A DNA stretch of 22,854 bases from positions 124,001 through 146,854 of the forward strand of contig KZ538049.1 of assembly GCA_000934665.2 (NCBI GenBank), given 5' to 3'. The position numbers were made by a program, and so were the translations under genes. Source of the stretch: Catajapyx aquilonaris. Its lineage: Eukaryota. Below are positions 10,367 to 22,762 of this stretch, piece after piece. The notes below the pieces were generated by a model. It saw only the letters and a list, made by a program, of their open reading frames with translations. It searched no databases and was not told where the DNA came from. The stretch's first letter is position 1. The number at the start of each line of letters is the position of its first letter.

Positions 10367-11339
10367 AATGGATATACCTTGCTATCCTGATGAAATAAAA
10401 TGGCATGAGCATTACAGATTCTTAATTAGAAATTCTCCTGCTACAGCCATCTGGAAATTACTTGACTGTACCACAATTGGATTTTTTGTTTTCCCTTGAG
10501 GACCAAGCTAAACAAAGGGAAGAACTAAGGCATCTAATTTTAGTGCAGAATGTGAATGGTAGTGCAGGTGGAATGAACTCACACCTGCTTAATTTTCAGC
10601 CTGCCATTAGAAAGTAGATTTTTCTACTTTTTCGCTTTGCAGGTCTAGAGAAATCAAATTGGAAGTGGGAAATTAATAATATTTTTGTATGGGAATTATA
10701 CCAGCTATTCGCCTGCATTTGTTGCAATATTAGTACAATGGCAATAGTCAAAATTAAAAGAAACATCATTAAAATTTCATCACAATTATCAGAGGCACAC
10801 CACATTGATTTGACAGAAGTTGTGTGTTTGAGGCATGCTTTAAGTACAGCACATTTGTGGAAATGATTGGAGAACATTTTCAAGACAAAGATGGGTCGAT
10901 TTTACTTTTGGCAAGTTGCCAAAAATTGCGAGGATCACAAAATTAGAAAATTATTACTTTGATCTTATTTGATGGACATCTTAAATGTGCAAGAATTTGC
11001 ACAAAATTATAATTTCAGATAATATTTTCTAATTTACATCTGTAAGCAAAATTTTTAAACACATTCAATTGATAACCCACCCAGTTTCTTGATCTTGTAA
11101 AAATATTTCAAATTGTGCCAAACATTTTCTCCAAAAGAATTTCAAGAAGCAAAAAAATGTCATAATTCATATGACCAGAAAAAAGGCTGTGTGATCATGG
11201 CAAAAAAATTATACACTGCTTACTGCTATAATGTGCAAGTCCTGACTGACAGTTTTGCACTTAGGAGTTAGGCTATTGTTCCATTGGCAATGACAGAAAA
11301 TGCATTGATATCCCATGGTAAGGCCCTGCCTGCACTTTG

Positions 11340-11453
11340 AGTTATGGAAATTCCAGTTAGGGAAGTTTATTTCCTATTCTTTTACACTGTGACCAACCAA
11401 GCTCATAATTTTCTTCGACTTAGGGAAGTTCGACTTATAGAAGTTTTACTGTA
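11340..11453. mobile_element. Possible pogo/Tigger-like MITE end remnant
   Basis: Terminal ...TTCGACTTATAGAAGTTTTACTG-TA with repeated TTAGGGAAGTT sub-terminal motifs. The other end was not found. Confidence 0.4.
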
Positions 11454-11656
11454 TTGTCATTGTCGAGTTTGATCCCACCAAATTTGTCTACTCAAGGCCA
11501 TGCTGAGAATTTCTGCTACTGGACAGGGCTTCTCTATACCATCACTTGCCAGAAATTCTCCAACAAGTGAAGCCAGAGTTTGCGCTCTGATGGTCCCAAA
11601 ACAAAACAGTTTAGCTCTCCAGAGCAGGGCCACCACTGACAGTACACAGGACAGGA

Positions 11657-11817
11657 TATGTTGCCTGGTAGTGCGAATTTTCATTGGTGAGTTTGATACT
11701 ACCTGATTTGTCCACACATGGCTGTGTCGTAGAAGTGACTTCTATGGCACAGCCGTGTGTGGACAAATCAGGTAGTATCAAACTCACCAATGAAAATTCT
11801 CACTACCAGGTAACATA
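11657..11817. repeat. 161-bp near-perfect palindrome (80-bp arms, centre 11737)
   Basis: The arms are reverse complements with 5 substitutions and no indels. Confidence 0.95.
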
Positions 11818-12618
11818 ATGCCCCAAATTGACAGATACAGGTAAACCCTTTATTTTACCACTTCACGTGGGAGAAGTTCATGCATGGCTAGGCCTCCAAT
11901 ATCTTTCCAATTGGAGTTGGGCCCCTTGTCCTATTGGGGGATTCAATTAAATCTGGTTCTAAGAGTGGGTGGTAAAGTCGCATTTTGTTACAAAAGTTCT
12001 GAAGTAAGTTCTAGGGAATCACAGTCACAGATTGACGGGGAACAGGATATAGCTGTACTCGCCCCATTTCACCCTTCTTGGAATGTTCAGAGGGAGATGG
12101 AGCAGTGCAGTTCTTAACACCACAGTTGTTAACACTTCTAAGATTCCCTGTTTGTTCCCGCATTATGGGAAGCGTTTTCATGGGTTCATGCCATGTTCAT
12201 GCGGGTTTACGTGAGGTCAATTTCTTCCCACAATCCCAATCCATTGACAGCCCAGTCATTGAAAATATTCGAATGTTTAAAACCTGATCCCCTTACAAGG
12301 CCCCAGGCCTATAACACGGTGCTCAATTATAATTATGCCAAGGAAGGTGTTCCGCTTACCCCGCTTATAAAGATTCTGATTTTTTTTTTTTTTTTGAACA
12401 CTCATGATTAAAACATTAAGCCATGTGCCTGCACACATCTAGACTGCTGAGTGCTGATACCACAACAGGCCCTGCATGCCTCACTAAATGCCATACGTTC
12501 ATGAATCCCATATCACAAATCTCGCCTCATTCCTGTGCAAATGACAACCTATGAAAGTTACGAATTCCAGGCCGGCGGCCGAACATGCCAAGCAAACATG
12601 CTGATGCCATAAAAATAC

Positions 12619-13184
12619 CTGATAGCTTCTCCGTGGCCTCAGACTGTTACACGGGCCTCTTCGTCAAAATTTCCACACCTACACGCATCGAGAGGGAAAG
12701 CACAACTAATGTTGTGAACTATCCCATTCCGAATAGAACTCACAACCACCGAAAGTCCGCCATCACAAAGGGGAGGAATTCGACCGTTGGTACCCTTGAT
12801 TCCCCAACATCTGTATGGAATAGTGCAATTATGAGCTATTTGTTTATCGTTTAATTATTTTTTCAGGACTAATTATTGGCTCGTGATTTCCATTTTTCAC
12901 GAAGAGTTATGATATATTCTAAAAATTCATACATCATTTTTTAAATCGTGTTAGTGCCAGTGTTTGCCCACAGATGTCGCAAAATTAGGCGGGAAAGCGG
13001 CTACAACGACAACTCGGAAGCGCTCGGAAGTGTTCGGGAGGACTCGGGCGTGATGTCTCACAATGTTCCATTACAATTCCATGTACAGTATTTACAGGTA
13101 GATTATCATCACCAAATTAATGACCAATAGGCAATAGTGGTTTACATCTTATCAGACACTAGCAGGTTACTCGGCGTTGCCCAG
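12619..13184. promoter_or_regulatory. Candidate bidirectional promoter with non-coding first exons
   Basis: CpG-richer flanks surround an AT-rich core. Minus-strand donor CAG|GTATTT at 12617-12618 could supply the CEP152 5'UTR exon. Plus-strand donor CAG|GTATGT at 13185. E2F-type GGCGGGAAA (12988-12996) and Myb-type CCGTTG (12784-12789). Confidence 0.45.
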
Positions 13185-14433
13185 GTATGTTATATTGGAG
13201 CAGGCCTATATATTTATAAATGAGGATGTCTGTGGGTGCTGTGTTTGTTCCTTGGTTTGTTCGCTATAGAAATCCAGGCCATACGTACAGTACATATTTT
13301 CGCAAGCGTCATATTTTCCTCCTCAATAAAATTTGCCGCCATAAATATGTCACTGATTACTGTATTTATGTCTTGTCTGAATGTCTGACCAGTCACCCCT
13401 GCTGTGACAAAATGGATGAAAGGTTTCAGAATATTGGGGGAGAATTTCGGATATTTTGGGGGGAAATAATGCTAGCAAGTAAGGGAAATCGAGAATCTGT
13501 AGGCTTCGGGCCCTATATTTTTGTTGGAAAAGGTGGATACATATTATGAATGAAAGATCTATGATTGAAAAAGAATGACGAGCAACTCAGATGCGGAGGT
13601 ATTGCAAATTTTACATCTTCTCGAACATCAAATGAGATGATTGGATATGCGAAATTTTCATTCTAATATATATCGTTGATAATAAGCGATGCCCAGTTTT
13701 TAGAGGTGCATACACACTTTTTTCATAAATGTCGCGTTAAATAGGGTAATGCAATGTCAATGACGATCACGCAACTGTAGCTCTAAAGCAGCTGCATTTA
13801 CCTAAAATTGAAGGCACTGGTAGATCCGCCGGGTAGATATGGGGTAGAACATACTCCCGCTGCTTTTTGTTGTCCTGATGACGTCAAAGTCGAACCCACC
13901 AATGGCAAGCCACACACTTTTGCGGTCACCTGTTACCTTGAAGCAGTGTGGCAAAAAGTGGGGAAAAATCTGGGAAAAATCAATCGGTCCGCACCAGTCC
14001 GCACCATCCGATATAACTTGCAACTCTCTTACAACCCGCCTGTAACAATACTCCTGCAAGCATGATTTTTTCACCCACAATAATGTTAAACAACTTCGAA
14101 CCAAATAGCATCTGGCTACAAGTTCCACGCATCATCGAGGCACACCATAGCCAATTACTAAACCCCACTTTACACATAAACCACTGGAGGAGCTGCACAC
14201 ATGGGCTACCTTTTTGGATACATTATTGGTTGGTCTGCAGCGCGGCTACCGGTTGATGGTACAGACTGAGTAGGTGAATCCGTGCAGTGGCGGGTTATAC
14301 ACGCCATCCCCCGCCGGCAACCCGGTGTCCCCCGATCGGCAGTACTCCACCCTCCATCTCCCCCTGCCCTCCCCGGCCATTCTGCTGCCTGCTCGGTTCA
14401 TCCGGGGACTTAGTGCGTTGCAAGGTCTTCACC

Positions 14434-14446
14434 ATGGCGACCAGTG
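14434..14446 (+). CDS. Candidate first coding micro-exon (MATS+G) of an unidentified divergent gene
   Basis: Kozak context ACCATGG followed after 13 nt by the consensus donor GTGAGT (14447-14452), at the end of a GC/CpG-rich stretch. No downstream exon recognised. Confidence 0.5.
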
Positions 14447-15399
14447 GTGAGTGGCATGTGTGGCGCACCTTTTTCCTATATACCTTTACCACTAACCTGC
14501 TGTTGAGCGCCCTGCTAAGTTTTTGCTGTGTGATGCTTTTGCCTAACCTGAAACCGGTCCTTTGAAACGCCATAACCCCGCTGCAAACTGCTGTACCACA
14601 TTGTTTGATTGGACGTCCTTTTCTTCGGCATGTTCACATGCTGAAGGTGTGGGCTCTAGCGTTTGTCATATGGCACACTTTTCAGGCCTAGCATACCATG
14701 GAAAAGCTGAGGCAGTATCCGAGAAGGGAATGGAGAAAGAAGGCAAGAGAGCTGACACCCCAATTTCCCCTACATTTATGCCAACCCAGCCCTGTTGCGA
14801 AACGCTAGCTAGGTCGTTTCTGGATCTTTAAAAAATGACAGATATAGTGGGATACATAAGGAGAATTTGGTGTGGGTAATTACTGCAGGTTGTGCAGCAG
14901 GTGTTTTTGTTAGGTCTCAGTGAGTTTTCGGTATGGTGTTTAGTGATCTGTACACGTGTGCTGCCGTATGTTTCCCTTTGCTTTCCTTCTTGCCGCATTA
15001 ATGTGTGGAATTTGTGACTACCCTGCTGATCCTGAATTGACTGGATCCGACACAGCTGCCACAAATAGCAGTGGTGACTTTTTTTTTTAAAGTTTAAATG
15101 GGAGATGGGCCCAAATGAAATTTTTAACCCAGGAAGTTGGATGTAGCTTACTGCAGTTGGCAGGTGTAACATGTCACTAATGATTATATGCAAACTGAGC
15201 TTAGTAAAGGGTGAAATTGTTTATAAATATGGGTAAGTCCCTTTGGATTTGTGAGTTTCTTAACAGGTAAAAGATCTGCTTCATTTCATTAGTCGAGGAA
15301 CCATCCTCAAAGGTGTCAACAGGAATGTGCAGTGAACTAAAAGGATGCTGTTTTTCATTAAATATATTAAGTCTTGGCTCAATTCCTAGTGTTGCTATT

Positions 15400-17266
15400 G
15401 AGTCATTCCATGTCAAATCATCACAGTTTGGAATTAAAATTGGCCTTGACCCCTCAGATTTTGATGAAACTTGGTATATCTAATGTCCTTACATAGTTAT
15501 GAATGAAAACCAAAAGATTTTTTTTTTTCGCCTACCATTCAAGAGTTATTAAATATTAAATATTCCAATTTTGACTAAATATTGCTGCGCCTTGAAATAC
15601 TCAAGTATTATTTTCTCAGCAACCAGATGAGATATAAACCTGGGGAATGTCTCATATTGAAGGTCTTTCCATGGGCTTTAATTTGATATGTAACACGGCA
15701 GAGGTTATCATTTATTAAAATGTTTAAACTCAATTAAATCTTTAAATTTAAATATTTCAAAAAATGATATTTTTAAAATTTTGAAAAAATTCCCAAAATT
15801 ACTTTGTACTATCCTCTTGCATCTCCCAAAGTTTCATTTTGGGCTGGCAATGGGATCAGGTGATACAGAGAGTACATGCTTCACATGTATGGAGAAATGC
15901 CACTTATTATCTGTAGTTTTAAAAACCATGATAGTGCCTAATGAACATTTTATTCTTACAAGGGAAGGTCACGGGGTGATAATGACGGATCTTGATGAAA
16001 TTGATCATGCTAATACAGGACAATATATGATACCCAAAAAATGAAATATTTCGTGCGGAACCCCATATTTGCAAAAGTTATGACGTCTTAAAGTTCCAAA
16101 AATAATACATTTTCATACTCCATGGGATTACATTAGCGACCACATATAATGACACTGAAGTGTGTAATCAGTTTCTAGACCATTTCTCATTGAAAAAAAA
16201 AGTCATACAGAACGGCTCTGGCCGTCCGTCTGTGGACAGGTATCAAGGCCTAAACCGTAAGAGATAGCGACAAACGGTTTTCATATTCGGATTGAGCGTG
16301 ACCAAAATAGGTTCCATGATCAACTTCTGGTGACCCGCCACATCCGGTCTTCCGGGTTCACTCTATCCGCACAAGTCTACTTTACGGGCGGGTTATCGTT
16401 GGATTTCGAAGTAAGTTTCCGTGTATTCCTGACCGTGTTTTTCGGGGATTTACTCCGGGTTTTACCTGACTCTCTGACACAGGGGCTGTGGAATTTATTC
16501 CTGACGTTGGACATGACTGCAATGAGCGTCATCGGCCGCCATGATGTTATCGCCCAAACCGATACTGGAATCGATATGTTGCCTAGGTTACGATATATCG
16601 ATTCACGTGCTCCCTGAAAGAATGAGAAAAGGTCTAGAAACTGATTACCGGTACACACTTCAATGTCATTAATGTGGTCGCTAATGTAATCCCATGGAGT
16701 ATGAAAATGTATTATTTTTGGAACTTTAAGACATCATAACTTTTGCAAATATGAGGTTCCGCACGAAATATTTCATTTTTGGGTATCATATATTGTCCTG
16801 TATTAGCATGATCAATTTCATGAAGATCCGTCATTATCACCCCGTGACCTTCCCTTGTTAGTATGAAGAATTTATGGTGTAAATGTCAGTTTCATTTTAA
16901 AAATATCTTTTTTGAAATATTTAAATTTAAAGATTTAATTGAGTTTAAATTTTTTAATAAATATGATAACATCTGCCGTGTTACATATCAAATTAAAGCC
17001 AATGGAACGACCTTCAATATGAGACATTCCCCAGGTTTATATCTCATCTGGTGCCTGAGAAAATAATACTTGAGTATTTCAAGGCGCAGCAATTTTTAGT
17101 CAAAATTGGAATATTTAATATTTAATAACTCTTGAATGGTAGGCAAAAAAAAAATATTTCTTTTGGTTTTCATTCATAACTATGTAAGGACACTAGACAC
17201 ACCAAGTTTCATCAAAATCTGAGGGGTCAAGGTCAATCGCTGTGATGATTTGACATGGAATGACCC
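15400..17266. mobile_element. Sola-like (Sola2-type termini) fold-back DNA transposon, 1867 bp
   Basis: 4-bp TSD TATT (15396-15399, 17267-17270). Termini G(A/G)GTCATTCCATGTCAAATCA. Outer inverted arms about 15400-15779 and 16894-17266. Confidence 0.8.
15958..16858. repeat. Inner inverted-repeat unit (about 235-bp arms at 15958-16191 and 16621-16858) within the Sola-like element
   Basis: ACAAGGGAAGGTCACGGGGTGATAATGACGG... is mirrored at the right end around a CpG-rich core of about 430 bp. Confidence 0.9.
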
Positions 17267-17983
17267 TATTTGGGTAGCAAAATTAATGCAAAGATAATCC
17301 AGTGGAAGTTTTTATTCCTAAAAATAGCTGCTGTTGTGTTATGTACTTTTATATCAAAGATACGTTTTGAGAATTGATAATTTCATACAATATCGTCTCA
17401 TGTATTTGCTGAAGATGTGGATCCATAAAGGGTGTCATTTTGATATACCAAATCTTATTTAAAATTGTTAGTTAATGTGATTGGCTTCTAGTGTTGACAA
17501 GTTGAAAGAGACCATCCTGCCATGTGACAAAACTATTGCATTTATGTGAGCATTTGAAGCTCAGAATGTGGCATTACCTCTGATAAGATTGGGATAACAG
17601 GGTAGCAGCCCTATTTAGGATGCCTCTACTAGCTGCTATATTACCAGTGGTGCTGTCTCCCCATGCATTTCCTATGGAGGTATGCACTGTGCACCATCAG
17701 TTTATGCCTTTTTTTTCCTGTTGAAATTGTCACAAAAGTGAAGCATATTGGAAGGCATTGGTTCCTAAGAATCCCAGAAACTGCAGTAATATTTTTGCAA
17801 AGTAACATTTGCACTGTATGTGCGCAGTTACACACAGGTGATGTGTAACTCTCCTTCTTGGCTGAGCCAAAATACAGAGCTTTTTCCACCCATTTTGCAG
17901 GCTAGGTGCCTTTGCAGCTGGTAAAAAAATGGTAATCAACTGATGCACCTCCAAAAGAAAGCTTGAAGAGACATCACCTAAGC

Positions 17984-18146
17984 TCTGCCGTCAGATGCAA
18001 GAAGACCGTAACTCAAAAACTAGTGAAAGTTGCATGCATGCCCTGCGCTAATTCCCCCTGACTAAGAGGGGATTAGTGCAGGGCATGAATGCGACTTTCA
18101 CCCTGACTAGTTTTTGAGTTATGGTCTTCTTGCATCTGACAGCAGA
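17984..18146. repeat. 163-bp imperfect palindrome
   Basis: TCTGCCGTCAGATGCAAGAAGACC...GGTCTTCTTGCATCTGACAGCAGA, with a small indel and a short loop near 18060. Confidence 0.92.
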
Positions 18147-18902
18147 TCTGATGATGTGGCCAGTAAAGCTGTAACCCACAGATTTTGCAATCTTGTTAGC
18201 AGAAATGTGTTTTGAACATGTTTCACATAGAATTATGTTGGGATAACACATGCCTGTCATGTTTGCCATTGTGTTGTTGTGGTTTGCATCCACCAACTAG
18301 TATGAGTCCTTGTCATGGTCATTGCACAACTACCCAAAGGCAAACATGATGACAATCATGTGAATCCAATTTTAGGAAGAGTAGGAGGAAGCATATGGTT
18401 TCATTGGCAGCTAAAAGGATTTTTGGTTGGGAAATCACTTGGTAGTGTTATCATTGCATGTAATTCTGATGGAATATGATTTATTAACCCTTTGTCTCCC
18501 GCTGGATTCTGCACTATTTGGGTGGGGGTTTAAAAATAGCGCCCTAGGTGAAAATCACTGGATCTGGCACCATTGGTTTCACTCTCAATTCGTGCACAAG
18601 ATGGGGCTGAAGCACCTAATACCTGAAAACCCGAGTTGCATCTTGAGAGCCATGTACCGCCTCATATGCTATGCACGAGAAGGTGACGTCATCCTATTGA
18701 GACATCTGTGCGGGTTTTTTAAGGTGGTTTACACCCCTTGTAAATTTACAAGATCATTCTATATGACCCACTCCCTCTGTTAAATTATGAAAATATTAAG
18801 TGTCCGCTTCAAAATTTTAAAAAGGTGAGTTTAAACTGAGGTAATGTGAGCCACCAGGTGCAACAAAAGGCGGCTCAGGTGGCAAGCGGCCACTGCCTAG
18901 AG

Positions 18903-19361
18903 CAGTGGTTTCCAACCTGGTGGGCGTGAGAGGATGAGAAATAAGTAAAATAATGTAGGGTGAAGTGGGGGAAGTGCACACCCGGGGTAAGTGCACAATA
19001 TGTGCACTTACCCCGGGTGTGCACTTCCCCCACTTCACCCTACCATGTTTCCGCTTGGCTCTGCTGGAAATATGAAGGGACCAACTTTTCTACTTGCTTG
19101 TATCCGATGTGCTTACAGTATAGGAAGATTCCACTGTACTTTGTCAGCAACATTCACCTAAACTTGTGTGGCCTTGAACCCCCCTAAAATTTCAGTTGTT
19201 GCCCATATTTAAACATGTTTTCATTCCTCGGTTATCAAAATCTCTTTCAAGAAACTCGCTGAAATTTATTGGGCCGGGGGGGGGGGGGGGGGGGGNGGGG
19301 GCGTGAGTGTTTGGTAAAAACGAAAAAGGGGGCGTCATGACAAAATGGTTGGGAACCACTG
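18903..19361. mobile_element. hAT-Charlie-type MITE, 459 bp
   Basis: Perfect 8-bp TSD GCCTAGAG (18895-18902, 19362-19369). TIR CAGTGGTTTCCAACC / GGTTGGGAACCACTG. Confidence 0.93.
18958..19040. mobile_element. 83-bp perfect-palindrome mini-MITE (TA-flanked) nested in the hAT MITE
   Basis: Perfect arms 18955-18997 and 19001-19043 with loop ATA. TA at 18956-18957 and 19041-19042. Confidence 0.8.
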
Positions 19362-20777
19362 GCCTAGAGCTCGGAGCAGTCCGCCTGGTCAATTAGGAGA
19401 GAGGGCACTTTATGACCGAAATGGCGCCGGGGGAGGTTGGCTACCCTTGACTTTTTCTTCTGATTTTTCCCCAAGCAAAAAGTAAGTCACAGAATTTCGG
19501 GAATTTTTTAGTGGTTTTCAACTGCACCTCTACTTACTGGGAAATATGCAGCAGGGAGCTCTGTGTATTTAAAATCGTGCAGTAAGAGTTTGTTTACAAT
19601 GAATGAGACCTTTGGCCTATGATGTCTTGCCATTTAAAATATCACACAAGTGGCGTAAATACTCATGAACATAGCCTTAGGTAACTCTTCCAGTTTCTAT
19701 GGTGAAATAAATTTCTGTCAGGGTTATACAAGTGAATTAAAAAATATATATATTTTGTGTGGTTGCATTATAATGTAACCATCATGGCTGCAGGAGACAA
19801 AGAGTTAATGTCAGTGCAATTTTAGTTACCTAGTAATATGTTGTTAAATGCAAAAAAATCACGTTAAGTTTTTTAAAAATTTCGCAGTGCCAGTCAGTAC
19901 AATAAACTAATATATCAAAATAAGTAACATGAAAATGGTTTGGAGAGTAGAATAGTAATTTACTATGCCTGATTGCTACCCTGTGATTCTGAAGGAAGAT
20001 ATGGTTTCACCCAATAGTGTTAAGTGTGATGTATAGGAACACTGTTGTTAGTTTGCAAGTTGGACACTACAAATCAGGCAATGAATTAGATTACAGTGGG
20101 GCCATTTTTTCTTGAAACAGAATGGGCCTGGATACTCCTTGAGCCATTGCATGTTTAAAATGTAGGAATGAGAAATATTGAGGCACCAACCAGTAATAAT
20201 GTAGATGATGACAAACATATGCATGCCCCCTGGCATTAACAGCAGCTCATAGTGTGGCTGTCGGCAGGCAGTCACCTGTGCAGATTCAGTGGTTGCATAA
20301 GAAGCAGGATATGAGTTTGTCACTAGTTACTGTGCAGGAGTCAACCTTGCAAAATCGTTGCCTCATGGGCAGGAACCATTATCACCCTCATATCCTGCTT
20401 CGTCGGCAATCCAGTGGATCTGCCTGGCTCATTATGCCTGCCATAAGCTGCATTGTGGATTGCACTGCATGGATGGTGGGGGAGGGGGGGGGGAGAAAGA
20501 AAGGCAAATGTTTGTCGTCTAGGTCATTACTGGTTAGCACCTCAGTATTTCTCACCTCTACATAATTGAGTTGATTTGGGCAGAAGATTACAGGGGTGGC
20601 CAAGTGGCCCATCAACAAGAAACACTTTGTATGCATTGGCAACTACGCAGCAACTGTCGTGAGATGGGACACAAGCTGCTTCATTGGGGTTTCTCTCCTT
20701 TCAATAAAAATTAGATAGTCTGGCTACAATTTGAAGCATAAATAATCAAGTTTTTTACATTCACAACATTACCTATA

Positions 20778-21219
20778 GAGGGTGAAGGGAAACTCGCGTA
20801 CAACCGCCAGGCAAACTTATAGTACTCGCAAAACTAATATAGGGATGTGCAATTAGTTTTTGGCTCCATTGCGTAGTTAATGCGTACGGCACCCTTAAAG
20901 TGTAGATGGCCGGATGGTGGAATATGACGCCAAAACTACAAAGTGCATGGGTGTTGTACCCGGATTCTTACTCTTAAGGGATTTGATCGCTCTTTGCACA
21001 TGGACGATGTGTTAGGGGACGAAGGCAAGGGACCGGAGGCCCTCGAACTGAATTTTGCTTCTTAGAAGCTGGTGGAACGGATGTGACGTCACGAAACTTT
21101 GACGGCACCGTACGCATTAACTATGAAACGGAGCCCAAAAGTAATTGCACATCCCTATATTAGTTTTACGAGTACTGTAAGTTTACCTGGCGATTATACA
21201 CGAGTTTCCCTTCACCCTG
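20778..21219. mobile_element. Tc1/mariner-type MITE, 442 bp
   Basis: TA flanks. TIRs of about 110 bp starting (C/G)AGGGTGAAGGGAAACTCG. Confidence 0.9.
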
Positions 21220-21872
21220 TATTGGCAGTAATATTACTGGATTTCCCCCATTACGCCAAATATATCAGTGGCCCTTTGAAATTATTTTTGCATAACTTGT
21301 TCATATTTGCTATTTTTAATATTGTGCTATTTTTAACGCAAGGAACTTGAGTGTTCTTGTGTTGGATTAACAAATGATTTGCTTATGCTTTTTATGAGAA
21401 CCTAGTAGTGCCACAGTGCCAGGAAATATGGTCCACAGTTCTTGTATAATTAATAGTTGTAGATTTAATAAGAATATTTTTGAACAAAGGTGAGGCTTTT
21501 TCAAATCACTGAAAGGGGGAGTGGCAGGATTAGGGGGAAAAAACAGGTTTTATTGTCACCTTATAGAGAACTTGACCCCCTGCAGTGATTGCAAAAGTCT
21601 ATTATGTCAATGGTTTTATTTATTTTTAATCAGTGTTATATGTGGTTATTGACATAGGTTACATATCAATACAAAAATTGGTGTCTGAGTTATGGAAATG
21701 GGGAACCTTGGTTTCAGGAACATTTACATGCCACAAATACAAAACTGGAATTCAGAATCATCCGCATCCTTAGATTGGAGGCACACTACAGAAGGAAACT
21801 GATTTAAGTATATGGCATGTCAAGCATGTGATGGCAGGAGCTCTTTGGCTGTTACCACTGTAACTTATTTTA

Positions 21873-22401
21873 TAGATGGGTCGTTATACGATCGCAACCA
21901 TCGCGCATATCACGTGCCGCAGTGGATGCAATCCTGGAATGAAGCGGGATTTCTGCTTAGGATTTGTGCTTAGGCAGGATATGAGCTGAAAACACGTGGC
22001 CCTTATTTCTAACACTGGCCTAGATCCAGGAAGTATGGCCGCCTCCAAGTAGAGCTTTAGGATGATTTCGAGGCAGATATCTGCACTTTACTATGGCGGC
22101 GTGTCGCAAAGTTGGCTTGGACCCTCCTGAGGAAGTAGGCGATGACCCTCGGAAGAGGAGGACGTTGAGAAGCCAAACACGAGAAGTCGTCCAACGGGTG
22201 TACACTTACTTCAAGAGAGAAAAAGAGTCTGGCGGGCCCCTCTGCGACGTTGCCAGAGCTACCGAAAGAACAGCTGAGGCCACGGGTGTAAATTGACGCG
22301 ATTGCATTTCCCGCCGGAAACTTGGCAACGTTGTGGGAAGGGGGCGTGTCCTGCGCGAATGGACGTCCAAAAGCGGTTGCGTTCGTTTATTGACCCATCT
22401 A
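21873..22401 (+). mobile_element. Internally deleted IS630-Tc1-mariner-superfamily element retaining the transposase N-terminus
   Basis: Ends TATAGATGGGTCG.TATACGA.CGCAACC / GGTTGCG.TCGT.TAT.GACCCATCTATA. Contains ORF 22093-22296. Confidence 0.85.
22093..22296 (+). pseudogene. Truncated transposase N-terminus (67 aa, ...LRSQTREVVQRVYTYFKREKESGGP...ATERTAEATGVN)
   Basis: Lies between TIRs. The L.SQ.RE.V..V..YF..E and RTA.ATGV motifs recall the helical N-termini of arthropod Tc1/IS630-like DDE transposases (recalled, not searched). Confidence 0.7.
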
Positions 22402-22762
22402 TAACCAGTCGCAACAAAATTTCAACAAGCTACTCTGGCAATGGTCAAACAACCACTGCAATTCTCAGCTAGAGGAGCCATAACAGCTTGTTAGTAAACA
22501 ACTTTATATTCTCCACCTTCCCTTTCAAACTGTAGCAAATGGTACATTTTGTTGCCTTTTCCAATCAGACACTTAAATCATTTGTCTTAAATCTTCCTGC
22601 TCTTGAGACATAGTTGACCACAAATATGCCAGATTGCGCCAGCAAATCCGACCATCCACCTATTCTTAATTTTCATTTTTAGATTGGAATAATTTCACGG
22701 TTACAAATGTTACTTGCTGAGTTAGGCAACCAGTTCGTAGTGGCATGTAAATAGGCAATATA

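Noticed and set aside
19276..19301. Poly-G run as a G-quadruplex element
   Set aside because: It lies inside a MITE and contains an N at 19296, so the homopolymer length is unreliable.
14828..21350. Assorted 60-120 aa ORFs
   Set aside because: No recognisable domains or coherent splice pattern; many overlap repeats or occur as mirror pairs from palindromes.
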